A DNA stretch of 64,000 bases from Gammaproteobacteria bacterium (lineage in GTDB: Bacteria; Pseudomonadota; Gammaproteobacteria; Ga0077536): NCBI GenBank assembly GCA_963662545.2, contig CAXXLL010000003.1:2336001-2400000 (forward strand), given 5' to 3'. The notes beneath the pieces are model-generated. The model was not told the origin of the DNA. It did not search any database and saw only the letters and a program-made list of their open reading frames with translations. The position numbers and the translations under genes are program-made. Numbering within the stretch: the first letter of the stretch is position 1; the number at the start of each line of letters is the position of its first letter. Positions 39,306 through 49,024 of the stretch are shown here, piece after piece.

Positions 39306-39890
39306 TCAGTCCTTCCAGAATTCCCACCATGAACGTTCACTCGCTCTTTCTACCGCTCGTCCGCTTCTTTGCTCTGCTTTTTGAACCTTATCCTTACGCC
39401 GGTTGCTCGGTTCACTTTCGGTGACTAAGGTTCGGCTTACGTTCTTTATAGTCCGATCAAGGACATCGGTAATTTCCTGGGTCGCAATATCGAGCAAGAC
39501 GATCTCGCCGTCAATTTCTGCGCGCTCATAGCCTTCTCTGACCGGTGGTAAACGAGATTCCAGATAAGGCGAAAGCCCTTTTTTCGCTATGCCCGGAGGT
39601 AGGGTGCCACCACGGCTCAATTTCTTGGCAATACCGGGTGGGAGGCCCTTGGGGTTCCCCTTGCCTTTATGCTTTTTTCCTTTCTTGCCCGGGCGCATCG
39701 ATTCTTGATCATGGTCATCACCGTCAATCGAACCATATTTGCTTTGATAGTAGTCGCGAATGACTTGCCGTTCGACTTCAGAAAAAACGGCCTTGCCGAA
39801 TTCCTTGAGACTCTCGCTTACCCCATCTGCGCTTGCTGCCGTCCCAATTAAAATGCAGGAAACCAGCAGGGAACCTAATAGTGTTTTCAT
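39306..39890 (-). CDS. Secreted protein with LPPGIAKK repeats (RcnB-like)
   Basis: Signal peptide, basic linker, LPPGIAKKLSRGGTLPPGIAKK. Confidence 0.75.
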   Translation of the reverse strand: MKTLLGSLLVSCILIGTAASADGVSESLKEFGKAVFSEVERQVIRDYYQSKYGSIDGDDHDQESMRPGKKGKKHKGKGNPKGLPPGIAKKLSRGGTLPPGIAKKGLSPYLESRLPPVREGYERAEIDGEIVLLDIATQEITDVLDRTIKNVSRTLVTESEPSNRRKDKVQKAEQRSGRAVERASERSWWEFWKD

Positions 39891-40187
39891 AATTGTTGCA
39901 CCGAACAGTTTCAAGCTTTCTTCTCCTAACGACTACCCGTCAGGGACGCGAGTAACAAAGTCACTGTGGCGGTAATTGTAGACCGTCGCTGTCAGTTTCG
40001 TCTTCACCTGGCTGATAGGAAGCTGTGGCCCCAGGCTGTTCGATAGCCTGTGAGAGCTGACCGCACCGTGTGCTCGGAAAACCCGGGGTAGAGCACACCA
40101 CCGCTTGATCAGTCGGTTATGTCCTGTCCCGGGCTAAAGTTTTTCGCGATTCGGACGCATTCAAGGAAATGTACCTAATGGCACCCT

Positions 40188-40499
40188 ATGGCTGCCGGGG
40201 AGTCGCATAAAGTGAAATCAGACGTGACGGAGCCACGCTATCGCGGTTACGACAGCGAGACGGAATTATCCTTGAACGGCTGCATTTTTCGGGCTGCAGA
40301 TCACCTTTGTTTTGTGTCGCCTGGTGAGACCGGATTTGGCTGGAATAAGGCGGAAATCTGCGATTTGAGCGACAGGATCAGGGCCAGCATCGAATTCGAC
40401 CCCTCCATGCTGGATGCTTTGCCGAATGCCGTCCGAGCCAAACTATTCGAAGGTCTGAATCTTTCCCCGGCCCCTCGACCAACAACTTCAGACTCGTAA
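40188..40499 (+). CDS. Hypothetical protein
   Basis: 103-aa ORF filling an otherwise empty gap; no motif recognised. Confidence 0.4.
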   Translation: MAAGESHKVKSDVTEPRYRGYDSETELSLNGCIFRAADHLCFVSPGETGFGWNKAEICDLSDRIRASIEFDPSMLDALPNAVRAKLFEGLNLSPAPRPTTSDS

Positions 40500-40501
40500 C
40501 G

Positions 40502-41266
40502 CTAAGCCATTTCGTCTAATTGGCGTGGACTGGTCTCCTGATCGGTGGTGACAGGCAGCGACGATAGCGATTCGTATTCACGAAGGAACTTCTCGAACGC
40601 GACACCGTTTCCGCGTGGAGCTGACAGGGCCGGGAGTATCTCGCTTGCGCCCGTCAGCGCTTCTGCGAATTCGTCCAGCAGGGACATGACGGTGTCTTGA
40701 AGGTCGCTTAGTAGTGACATGGAGAGTGTGGTAGCGCTGCTTTGGTCCAAGGTGGCTTCGAGACCTTCGTAGAACGTAGCGAAGCCTGTTTGCAGGTTGT
40801 CGAGGTATTCTCCGGTGTCACCGCCAGTGCCAGCCGTATAGGCAGCAAGCGCATCCTCTACGTTGCTGTCGAACGCTGCTTCTAATTCTCTAATGGCAGT
40901 GACTGTTGAATCTTCAAGGCCCTCAGTAGCGGCTAGCGTATCAACCCGTTCCGTGACCGCGTTGCGTAACTGCTCGGTACCTGCACTTATCTGCTCCTCG
41001 ACGGCGGCCGTTGAGAGCGATGTCAGTTCATCGTTGAACACCACGCGTAGCCTCACGTCCGCAACGCCTCTGAAATGGCCTTCTTGCAGAAGTTTGAGAA
41101 CGCCCTTTCCCGCAGGGTTGGGCTCGATCGAAGCGGCTTGTTCGTCCGCCGGCTCGACAACGGCTTTTCCACCGCTCATGCCATCAGCTGGGACCGGCGC
41201 TGATGGTGGGCGGTGGTGTGGACCAACTACCGAGATGACGTTTTGTCCGATGCCTCCAACTAGCAC
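40502..41266 (-). CDS. Hypothetical acidic helical protein
   Basis: 254-aa ORF with protein-like composition; family not recognised. Confidence 0.6.
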   Translation of the reverse strand: MLVGGIGQNVISVVGPHHRPPSAPVPADGMSGGKAVVEPADEQAASIEPNPAGKGVLKLLQEGHFRGVADVRLRVVFNDELTSLSTAAVEEQISAGTEQLRNAVTERVDTLAATEGLEDSTVTAIRELEAAFDSNVEDALAAYTAGTGGDTGEYLDNLQTGFATFYEGLEATLDQSSATTLSMSLLSDLQDTVMSLLDEFAEALTGASEILPALSAPRGNGVAFEKFLREYESLSSLPVTTDQETSPRQLDEMA

Positions 41267-41656
41267 TGTACATCTACCTTATAGCGTAACGATGCATGAT
41301 CGGTATATCGACTATGCGTCGGAGATCTTGAGGTCGCAAGTTGTCAACAATTGCGCCGATGAGTGCGCGTTGCAGGCGCGAAGCGGTACCCGCACAGCCG
41401 GAGACCCCAACCTCTGCATTATCAGAATACACCTTACCGTTACCGTCTATGCCCGATGAGGTCAGGAAGCGAACGCGCGCGTTACTAGAAATATGTCCGC
41501 TGATGTCGTACCTGATCGGTAGATAGCAAACGCGTCGGTGCTCGTCAGCAGTGCGCTGGTGATCGGCGGCTATTGCCCGGCACCTCGGTTCGAATGGTCG
41601 AGGGTTCGCTTGCCTGATATCTTTGGGCCTAAGTCCGGCTTAAAGACCAAGGTACC

Positions 41657-41779
41657 ATGGCGAAAGTCCATCGCAACTCACTCCAGCCAGGCCATCGCGT
41701 CCACTGGTACGAGATCATCGAAATCCTGGGCCAGGGCGGATTTGGCATTACCTACCTCGCGCTGGATACCAATCTGTGA
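41657..41779 (+). pseudogene. N-terminal stub of a Ser/Thr protein kinase
   Basis: MAKVHRNSLQPGHRVHWYEIIEILGQGGFGITYLALDTNL-stop (Gly-rich loop); not in the ORF track. Confidence 0.8.
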
Positions 41780-41832
41780 GAACGAGTCCAAATTATTACA
41801 GTTTAGGGTACCGAACGGGGGCCTAATTTAGT

Positions 41833-42010
41833 TGGCGCGCCCGGAGGGATTGATTCGCAAACAAAGTATTGTTTGCTCACCCCCTGCGGGGGCGCCTGCG
41901 CTTCGCTGCGGCGTCCAATCTCGCTTCGCGAGATTGTCGAACCGAGGACTTCAAACCAAAGCCTCCCACCACGCCAACTAAATTGGGCCCCTAACGGAGC
42001 CCAATTTAGT
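41833..42010 (-). repeat. 178-bp unit downstream of tRNA-Arg with duplicated tRNA 3' end interrupted by an 86-bp hairpin element
   Basis: TGGCGCGCCCGGAGGGATT at 41833 and 42011; element 41852-41937 splits GATT/CGAACC. Confidence 0.88.
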
Positions 42011-42015
42011 TGGCG
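41972..42015 (-). terminator. Hairpin overlapping the tRNA-Arg 3' end (terminator or processing structure)
   Basis: Perfect 17-bp inverted repeat CGCCAACTAAATTGGGC / GCCCAATTTAGTTGGCG. Confidence 0.55.
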
Positions 42016-42087
42016 CGCCCGGAGGGATTCGAACCCCCGACCCCCTAGTTCGTAGCCAGGTACTCTATCCAACTGAGCTACGGGCGC
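42011..42087 (-). tRNA. tRNA-Arg(ACG)
   Basis: GCGCCCGTAGCTCAGTTGGATAGAG, CCTGG-CTACGAA-CTAGG, GGTTCGAATCC, CCA; 77 nt. Confidence 0.96.
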
Positions 42088-42121
42088 GGTTTTGCTCGCG
42101 CAGATCGACGCGAGGGCGGGG

Positions 42122-42150
42122 ATTATCGGAGCACCGATCGAGGCTGTCAA
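42122..42150 (-). promoter_or_regulatory. Sigma70 promoter of tRNA-Arg
   Basis: TTGACA, 17 bp, GATAAT, then GC-rich CCCCGCCC discriminator. Confidence 0.8.
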
Positions 42151-42159
42151 ATCATCCGA

Positions 42160-42471
42160 CGGAGGGATTATTCCGCACATCCATGTGCTCCACCCTCGCT
42201 AAGGCTCAGGCCAGCCTTCGGCTGTTCAAATTTGTTCCCGACAAATTTGTGATTCGCATACAAAGGATTGTTTGCTCACCCCTACGGGGCGCCTACACGT
42301 CGCCGCGGCGTCCACAAAATCGTCTGGAACGATTTTGAACATCACGTGCCAGCGTAATGGCCCGTAGGGCGAGCCACATGGACGTGGCGAGTAATCTCGC
42401 TTCGCGAGATTGTCGAACCCCCGACCCCCTAGTTCGTAGCCAGGTGCTTTATCCAGTGGCGTTACGGGCGC
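42160..42471 (-). pseudogene. Degenerate tRNA-Arg copy split in the T-loop by three tandem/nested hairpin elements
   Basis: CGGAGGGATT at 42160-42169 and CGAACCCCCGACCCCCTAGTTCGTAGCCAGG...TACGGGCGC at 42414-42471, separated by 244 bp. Confidence 0.85.
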
Positions 42472-42605
42472 GGAAAGTTGGGGGGCTAAAAGTAAATTTC
42501 CTCGAGTTACAGAATCGCTTCATGCGAATCCCGGCTTCTTGGATGTTACGCGCAGGCGTGATGAAACTACTCGGACGGCGAGGCGAAATTCCTGAGCGCA
42601 GGTGC

Positions 42606-43172
42606 TCAGCCATTAATTACATAAACCCATTCCCGCGGTGTCGTGGGTAGCGCAATTGGCGATACTCGAGCAATGTCACGAAGCGCTTTGCGTGAACATT
42701 GCGCGTGCCAACTGTTTTGAGCTTTGAGGGTTTCCGCTGCAGCCACTCCTTCCCGTTCCCGTGTAGTGATCAATGCCACGGACAACTCGACGCAGCGCTC
42801 GTAGTGTGTGTCGGAAAGCCCGGGATAGGGCGACTGAGCGTGCATATTCTGGCGCAGCCAGGCAGCAGCGACTATCACCGCGAATCCGCAAGCTATCGTC
42901 GCCGCAATCACCCAGGGTGGTGTCGTGAGGCGCTGATCGCACAATGGACAATTGTTGGCGTACACGGGTACGGGCTCTCGGCACTGGGTACAGGGTCGCG
43001 TGCGGACACTTCGGTGAGCGCGAAAAGATCGTCTGCGCCGTTCTTTCTCTTTTACGAACTCAGCCTTCCGGTAAACAGCGCCGCATTTCGGACAGGTGTC
43101 CGGCCGGTACCGGCCGTTGTCGTTCGAATGCCTTATGTAACGGCAATTGGCGCAGCGTATCCAGTCCCCCAT
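42606..43172 (-). CDS. Zinc-ribbon membrane protein
   Basis: Four CxxC motifs, one TM segment. Confidence 0.7.
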   Translation of the reverse strand: MGDWIRCANCRYIRHSNDNGRYRPDTCPKCGAVYRKAEFVKEKERRRRSFRAHRSVRTRPCTQCREPVPVYANNCPLCDQRLTTPPWVIAATIACGFAVIVAAAWLRQNMHAQSPYPGLSDTHYERCVELSVALITTREREGVAAAETLKAQNSWHAQCSRKALRDIARVSPIALPTTPREWVYVING

Positions 43173-43182
43173 GGCCTGCCCT

Positions 43183-43653
43183 CTACCAGCAGCTCGTAGG
43201 ATCGCTGCCGGTCGCGCTCTTGGCGCCGCTCGAATTGATGGTCAACACAGCGCAATCCGCGTCGTCCGTCTGCGAGCCCAGCGGTGTGGCACGCATGGCA
43301 TAACAACTCGATATAGCGCAGCCCGCCGTCGGCGTATCGATAGATAGCGTGTAATATCCGTTCTCCGAGGTACTCGAAAAATCAAGTTCGGACAGAACGT
43401 CCGCGTATTCCTTGTTATTAAGGAAGAATTGCTCCTGCCGAGATAAGGCGTCCATGAGTTCTACGCGCGCATCAGAGCGCGCAGAACGTATCGCCTGGTT
43501 ACGATAGCTTGGGTATCCGATCGCCGCGAGAACTCCCACGATAACGACGACGATCATGAGTTCCATTAGCGTTACGCCGCGCTGGCTCGATCTGGCGCGT
43601 ACGATTTGATTTGAATACCCGCTGATTGAAGGTGCGACAGATCTATTTTTCAT
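43183..43653 (-). CDS. pilE: Type IV minor pilin PilE
   Basis: RGVTLMELMIVVVIVGVLAAIGYPSY, QEQFF, Q..D..C..LTINSSG.K, terminal CW. Confidence 0.88.
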   Translation of the reverse strand: MKNRSVAPSISGYSNQIVRARSSQRGVTLMELMIVVVIVGVLAAIGYPSYRNQAIRSARSDARVELMDALSRQEQFFLNNKEYADVLSELDFSSTSENGYYTLSIDTPTAGCAISSCYAMRATPLGSQTDDADCAVLTINSSGAKSATGSDPTSCW

Positions 43654-46600
43654 ACCAGTACGTTCTCCATGCAGTCGTAACGTCCACTTTCTGGATGTTT
43701 TGACCGGCTTCCTGGCCCTGAACTAAAACGTAATCGTCGCCGACTGGAACCACTTCCACCGGTATGCCCCCGCTGCCGAGCGAGTCTGAGCGGTCGAGTG
43801 TCACGTATCCTTCGTCGTTCGACAGGTCATAGTTGTACACGGGTTCTGCCTTTTGCAGGGAGATCGCGTACTGCAGGCCGCTGCCCTCGCTGAGCCCGCA
43901 GGATCCGGCACCCGAGCTTGGGTAAAACGACGTGAAGAAAATAGTGCCGCCCAGGGTGATCGCGTTGGCGAGATTTTTCTCGCCGGTTGCGCCCAGGCCC
44001 AGACGCCAGCCGTATTGCGTGAGATTGTTCTGCGTCGTCGCATCACAATTGCCTGCCGTGACGCAATCAACCGTCAGATCGGCAAGCTCGTTGGGTGTCA
44101 GCGTAGTCCCCGATGGCGCTCCGGTCTGCGTAGCACGATCCTTGATCATGAAAAACCAGTTTTCGACGTCCGTGTCGAGCGGATCTTCGCGATCGCCCGA
44201 TCCGATGACCACGGCATCGAAATTTCCGCTACCGTCGCGGGTCTGAACGATATCGGGACGGTTGAAGAATCGCAGATCGTTGCTGGCCGAAGAATCGAAG
44301 TGGCGCCCGGCGTTGAGTAAAATGGTAAGCGTCCACGCGCTGCGATCGTCGCCGGGGAAGTCGCCGCGCCATACGCGCCCGCCCGTATCCCCGAAGTAAA
44401 TCCGGTCCACGATACCGTCGCCATCCGTATCGCCGGCGGCGATCTGCGCTGGGATGCTGTCGTCGAGTTCCGGATGCATGTAGGTCTTGTTCGCACTGAC
44501 ATAGGTTTCGGTCGCACCCTTCTTTGCTTTCCAAATCAGGCTCCCCGTAAGCGCGTCGACGATGAAGACCGCGTTGCCCTCGTCGTCGTCGGTACCGCTC
44601 GAGCCGTTGCGGTTAGCCGCGTCCTTGCCAAGATCACCGGTATTATCGCCTTCGTCGTCGCCGTTATAGCCGCCGCCGAAGATCAATACCGGCTGGGCGC
44701 CCGCCCCGACGTCGATCCGAGCCGTTATCGGCGTCGACCAGGTCTGACCAAGCTCCGTGAAGTTCGAGTCGGATTTGTTGACGGACCACATGAATTGCGG
44801 TGCATCGGGATCAGTAATATCGAGCGCGTAATAGGATTTACCGCCGCGGCGCAGGCCGACAAACGTATAAACCTTATCGCCGTCCGCCGGTTCGATGTTG
44901 CCATCGAGGTCGTTATCTATGGTGTAAACGACGGGCGAGCCGTCAAAACTGATCGGGTGTACCGGCGTGCCCACCTGAGCCAGGCGCAGTCGGTCCTGGT
45001 ATGCCAGTGCTTCTTCAGGAATGAACGCCCAGACCTCGGCTCCATCTTGATCGCCCGCGGTGTCCGTATTAAGGAACATATGCAGTACGCCGTCGGTGGT
45101 TGCCATCAGAACACGGATATCCGGGTTAGCGGCCGTGTACCCGCCTCTGATGCCGTAGTTGATCGGGCGCGGGCGGGAATGCAGGGGATCGCCGAGGTAC
45201 CAGCTCCGCACGGTGGTCGTATCATTGATGTCGATCGCGGTGAAGCCACGGACGAATCGCAGGTCATTGATCGCACGGTCTTGCTCCGCACTCGTCGCCG
45301 AGGCATACGGTGACGCCGACGGCGCCGGGTCCCATTTCGACGTCAGTTCGGACCACAGTGCGGTGGCGGTCGCGGAATCGCCGTTGACTTCTCTCAAACC
45401 ATCAACGACGTCGGAGGAATCTTCGGTATAGATCTGACGGGCACCGCTTTGCGCATTCAGCAGTCCCGGCGCCTGCGCGATGAATCCTGGCACGTTTTGC
45501 CCGGCGCCGCCTCGTTGAATTGACCTGCCATCGGCGCCGTCGACCTCGTCGCCCGTGGCCGCCGGCAAGGTGGCAGGATCCGTCCAGAAAGTAACCGATT
45601 CACGTTTCAAGCGCCCGTCGATATCGATGGCATTGATACCGTTGACGTCTTGCAACTCAGGATCACCTGTCGATGCGTTAGTTCCGATGACGACCTTTTT
45701 CAGATTGCCCGGCCAGAACGGCAGACCGTTCTCGTCCGCTTCAAACAGAGCCAGAAACACTTCATTGATAATCTGCGAACGATTGAAGACATTGACCGGC
45801 ACCGAGGGGGCGACGAAAGTCGTGCTGACGCTCAGAATACTGTCAAAAATCGAGTTCAATGCGTCGACTAGAGTTTCGGGATCGTCACTCAAGGACAGAG
45901 GTACGCCGGTGCCACCCGCCGTGGCGTAACCCGTGGTCGTCGTATTGATCTTGGTGGGGTCGACAACGAAATAGGACACGACATTCTGCTGCCCGTCGAT
46001 GTCCGCCACCGTGCCGAAGCTACCGTCACCGAGGTCGACGTCGTTCATGTACTGGATGACGGTATCGAAGCTGTTGGTGTTGCCCGAGAGGTTGATGCCG
46101 GCCATTCCACCGTTCGCCTTGGTGTCGGTGATGGCATTGTCGGAATCGTCTTCCTGCTGAGAGACCTGAAACATCAGGTTGATGACGTATATGCGCGTGC
46201 ATTGATTCGCCGTAGACAGCGGGCTGAGATATCTGACATTGTTGCCGCCGCCTGTTTCTATGCTCGTATCCCAGGCTAAGGCCGGGCGATCGACATCGAG
46301 GTTATTTGTATCGTTCGGACCGTCCCCGAAATCGACAAAGCCGTTGTGCCCGTTATAGACATCCTGGCCGGTAAGATAGCGGAACAGCTCGAAATACAGT
46401 TCCTTGCCCTGATATGGATGGGAATCGTTTCCCTGGGGATCGGGGATGGCGTCGAGCAGGGCAGCCAGCGTTACCTTGTCAGCATCTTCCCCCGCCGTTT
46501 GCCAGGTGCCGGGGTCGTCGCTACCGGCCTGCATCGATTCGAATCCGAACGGGATGTAGGCGCCGTTGCTGCATTTGTTACCGGGAGGAAATCCTTCGCA

Positions 46601-46969
46601 GTTGTTTTTATTGGAATGGTTCAGCATAAAACCGATTTGCACGCCACCGAGCGGATCGAAGACTTTCTTGAGAACCGCGCGCAGTATGTCGAAAAACGTA
46701 CTGGACGATCCGCTTCCCGCTGCGGACCCGTCCGTGAGATACCCGTCCGCCCTCATATCGTCGCAATAACTGCCGACGTCGCATCCTACGGTTGATCCCA
46801 AGCTTGGGCGCCAGTCGAGCACGAACATGACCAGCGGTTCGCTGCCGACAGGGACCGACGGATTGAGGTAAATGTCGGTATCGTCCGCCAAGTTCGTCGC
46901 CGGAAACCCGGCCAATAAGCACGCTGCAAATAAAAGCGAACGTAGCCGAATTATTCTTTCGTTTTTCAT
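43643..46969 (-). CDS. pilY1: Type IV pilus tip adhesin PilY1
   Basis: DDTDIY start, WPGNLKK, LGDPLHSRP, EVWAFIP, GLRRGG, LGQTWS, DTDGDGIVDRIYFGD, WRTYWYE. Confidence 0.9.
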   Translation of the reverse strand: MKNERIIRLRSLLFAACLLAGFPATNLADDTDIYLNPSVPVGSEPLVMFVLDWRPSLGSTVGCDVGSYCDDMRADGYLTDGSAAGSGSSSTFFDILRAVLKKVFDPLGGVQIGFMLNHSNKNNCEGFPPGNKCSNGAYIPFGFESMQAGSDDPGTWQTAGEDADKVTLAALLDAIPDPQGNDSHPYQGKELYFELFRYLTGQDVYNGHNGFVDFGDGPNDTNNLDVDRPALAWDTSIETGGGNNVRYLSPLSTANQCTRIYVINLMFQVSQQEDDSDNAITDTKANGGMAGINLSGNTNSFDTVIQYMNDVDLGDGSFGTVADIDGQQNVVSYFVVDPTKINTTTTGYATAGGTGVPLSLSDDPETLVDALNSIFDSILSVSTTFVAPSVPVNVFNRSQIINEVFLALFEADENGLPFWPGNLKKVVIGTNASTGDPELQDVNGINAIDIDGRLKRESVTFWTDPATLPAATGDEVDGADGRSIQRGGAGQNVPGFIAQAPGLLNAQSGARQIYTEDSSDVVDGLREVNGDSATATALWSELTSKWDPAPSASPYASATSAEQDRAINDLRFVRGFTAIDINDTTTVRSWYLGDPLHSRPRPINYGIRGGYTAANPDIRVLMATTDGVLHMFLNTDTAGDQDGAEVWAFIPEEALAYQDRLRLAQVGTPVHPISFDGSPVVYTIDNDLDGNIEPADGDKVYTFVGLRRGGKSYYALDITDPDAPQFMWSVNKSDSNFTELGQTWSTPITARIDVGAGAQPVLIFGGGYNGDDEGDNTGDLGKDAANRNGSSGTDDDEGNAVFIVDALTGSLIWKAKKGATETYVSANKTYMHPELDDSIPAQIAAGDTDGDGIVDRIYFGDTGGRVWRGDFPGDDRSAWTLTILLNAGRHFDSSASNDLRFFNRPDIVQTRDGSGNFDAVVIGSGDREDPLDTDVENWFFMIKDRATQTGAPSGTTLTPNELADLTVDCVTAGNCDATTQNNLTQYGWRLGLGATGEKNLANAITLGGTIFFTSFYPSSGAGSCGLSEGSGLQYAISLQKAEPVYNYDLSNDEGYVTLDRSDSLGSGGIPVEVVPVGDDYVLVQGQEAGQNIQKVDVTTAWRTYWYEK

Positions 46970-47439
46970 CAACATTTCGGCCCCAGTAATAAATAACCTT
47001 GTCTAACCGACGATGCGCCCCGCCCGGTCGGAAGACGATCGATATCGGCGCCCACCCGAAAGGAAAATGCCGAGTAGGCCAGCATGCTGGTGCCCGATGC
47101 GATTCGCGGTGGCAAGCCGCAATCGATCGTGCGTTCCGCGTCGGCCGTGATCGATTCGCCGGCACTGATATCGACGGTGAAGGGTGTTCCCGTCAGCGTG
47201 ACCGATGTCACCTGGTTGAGAGGACCGGTCATCGGAAGGTTGTTGGTGTCCGAAATGGCCACGTCGACGGCGGCCTGGGCGGTTTGAAATGCATTCATTT
47301 GCTCCTCGACGTTGCGCGATATCCGCAGGCCCATCGAGGCCGAATCGACACCGGCGACGGCGATCAGAGTCAGCGAAGCCAGCATCACCAGCGCGATCAC
47401 CAGCACGGTTCCGGATTCGCGGTACACCCGTTTATTCAT
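46969..47439 (-). CDS. pilX: Minor pilin PilX
   Basis: SGTVLVIALVML, AFQTAQAA; operon position. Confidence 0.85.
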   Translation of the reverse strand: MNKRVYRESGTVLVIALVMLASLTLIAVAGVDSASMGLRISRNVEEQMNAFQTAQAAVDVAISDTNNLPMTGPLNQVTSVTLTGTPFTVDISAGESITADAERTIDCGLPPRIASGTSMLAYSAFSFRVGADIDRLPTGRGASSVRQGYLLLGPKC

Positions 47440-47446
47440 CTTGGCC

Positions 47447-48412
47447 TCAGTTGAGCGCGGCCAGGTTGACGGGATTGCGTAATTTCACCGTCGTGCTGAA
47501 TACGCGACGATAAAAGTTGTCGTTCGCCGCGGCAACGCTCAGATCACCCAAGGTATAGGTTTTAGCGTTAACGTATTGGGGATCGCCCGTCGCGGCACGC
47601 ACCAGGACGTAAATGCGCGCGGTGACGACCTGACCCATCTCAGCGGCCACAGGATTTGCCTTGTATTGGTTTGCGACGCCGTCCGCGTCGGTATCGAGTC
47701 CGAATTGAACGTACATCTGCTCAACGCCCTCCGCGAGGCATTCGTCGCTCGTCACTGCGCCGAATGCGAGCGCGGAGAGAAACAGGCGGCAGAGATAGGG
47801 TGTGCTGCCGTCATCCCCGATGTAATACACGAACGGCGTGTATTCCCAATCCTGATACCCCGCGGGTAACGCCGGTGTCGTTCCCGATACATATTGGATG
47901 AAACTGCCGACCGAGCCATTCGTGCGAATATAAACAACGTTGTTCTCTTGCCCTGACACCAAACCGGTTCCAACCGTATGTTTGATCGCCAATTGGTTCG
48001 TGCCCGTGCTAACGGTGCCCGTGAGCGTTCCGCAGGTCCCGCTGGTAATATCGAATTGCGTCACCGCGGGTGATCCGGTTGGGTTGTTGAATTGAACGGC
48101 TTCGGCGCCGTCGAAGAGGTCGAGGCCGCAATCTTCTCCCGCGGTCAACGCCGATGAAATCGCCGCGGGATCGAGCAGCTCGCCCCAGAACGAAATCATC
48201 CGCAGATCCCGTGAGATCATATCGACCGCGAAACGTCCGTTTTCGACCATTCGCAGGTAGCGGTCATCCTCTGCGTAACTCTTGCTCCCCTGTACGTAAA
48301 GCGCCCCGATACCACTGGTTATGAGCAGACCGAGTGTCGCCGCGACCATCAATTCGATGATCGTGACACCCGCCTGTCGGTTCCTCCTCATCTCGGTTGT
48401 CACGCGTTTCAT
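47447..48412 (-). CDS. pilW: Minor pilin PilW
   Basis: AGVTIIELMVA, ENGRFA, LAEGVEQM..QFGLDTDADG, TTVKLRN. Confidence 0.9.
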   Translation of the reverse strand: MKRVTTEMRRNRQAGVTIIELMVAATLGLLITSGIGALYVQGSKSYAEDDRYLRMVENGRFAVDMISRDLRMISFWGELLDPAAISSALTAGEDCGLDLFDGAEAVQFNNPTGSPAVTQFDITSGTCGTLTGTVSTGTNQLAIKHTVGTGLVSGQENNVVYIRTNGSVGSFIQYVSGTTPALPAGYQDWEYTPFVYYIGDDGSTPYLCRLFLSALAFGAVTSDECLAEGVEQMYVQFGLDTDADGVANQYKANPVAAEMGQVVTARIYVLVRAATGDPQYVNAKTYTLGDLSVAAANDNFYRRVFSTTVKLRNPVNLAALN

Positions 48413-49017
48413 TCGATGAACGTCTCTACCAGCAGCACACGGCGAAGCACGTCTGCGTCGCCGTCACTGTCATAGCGGCCACTACCCGCGCCGCAGTTGC
48501 TGCTCGTCGGGTTGGACAAACGGGTCATGCCCCGCCACGCGAGCGTAACCGTCATGAAGCCGGGCGTCACAAGCGGACCGGTGATACAGACTGTCGGCGC
48601 GACCAGACCGCCCGTCGCCGTCGATCCGCTCGTTTCAGCGACACCCGCCAGTGCTTGCGAGAATTCGTACAAGTCATACATCGCCAGGTTTGCCGTGTCA
48701 CAAGCGGCCCCCGCACAATCGGTAGCCGTGATGCCGTCGCTGGCAGACAGCGTGATAGTGCGGCCGAGTCCGCCGTTGGTGTACACCGTCAGCTGGTCGT
48801 CATTGGCCCGGACCCGCTCGAGCAGTTCTTGTGTCATGAGGCTGGCCGTCGTGCGCTGCACGGCCTCGAAGTTCGTGCGTTTACTGATGATCTGCAGCCC
48901 CGCGATCCCCATCATCGACACCGCGAGGACGAACAGCGCGACCATGACTTCAATCAATGAGAATCCGCTGCAGCCGTTTGCACGCCGTGAACGCTGCCGG
49001 GTATCGAAACCAACCAT
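48409..49017 (-). CDS. pilV: Minor pilin PilV
   Basis: GFSLIEVMVALFVLAVSMMGIAGLQ, LERVRAN, LAMYDL. Confidence 0.9.
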   Translation of the reverse strand: MVGFDTRQRSRRANGCSGFSLIEVMVALFVLAVSMMGIAGLQIISKRTNFEAVQRTTASLMTQELLERVRANDDQLTVYTNGGLGRTITLSASDGITATDCAGAACDTANLAMYDLYEFSQALAGVAETSGSTATGGLVAPTVCITGPLVTPGFMTVTLAWRGMTRLSNPTSSNCGAGSGRYDSDGDADVLRRVLLVETFIE

Positions 49018-49024
49018 GGACGAT

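Noticed and set aside
41803-42650. ORFs 41803..42180, 41873..42055 and 42357..42650
   Set aside because: Overlap tRNA-Arg, its pseudo-copy and the hairpin elements
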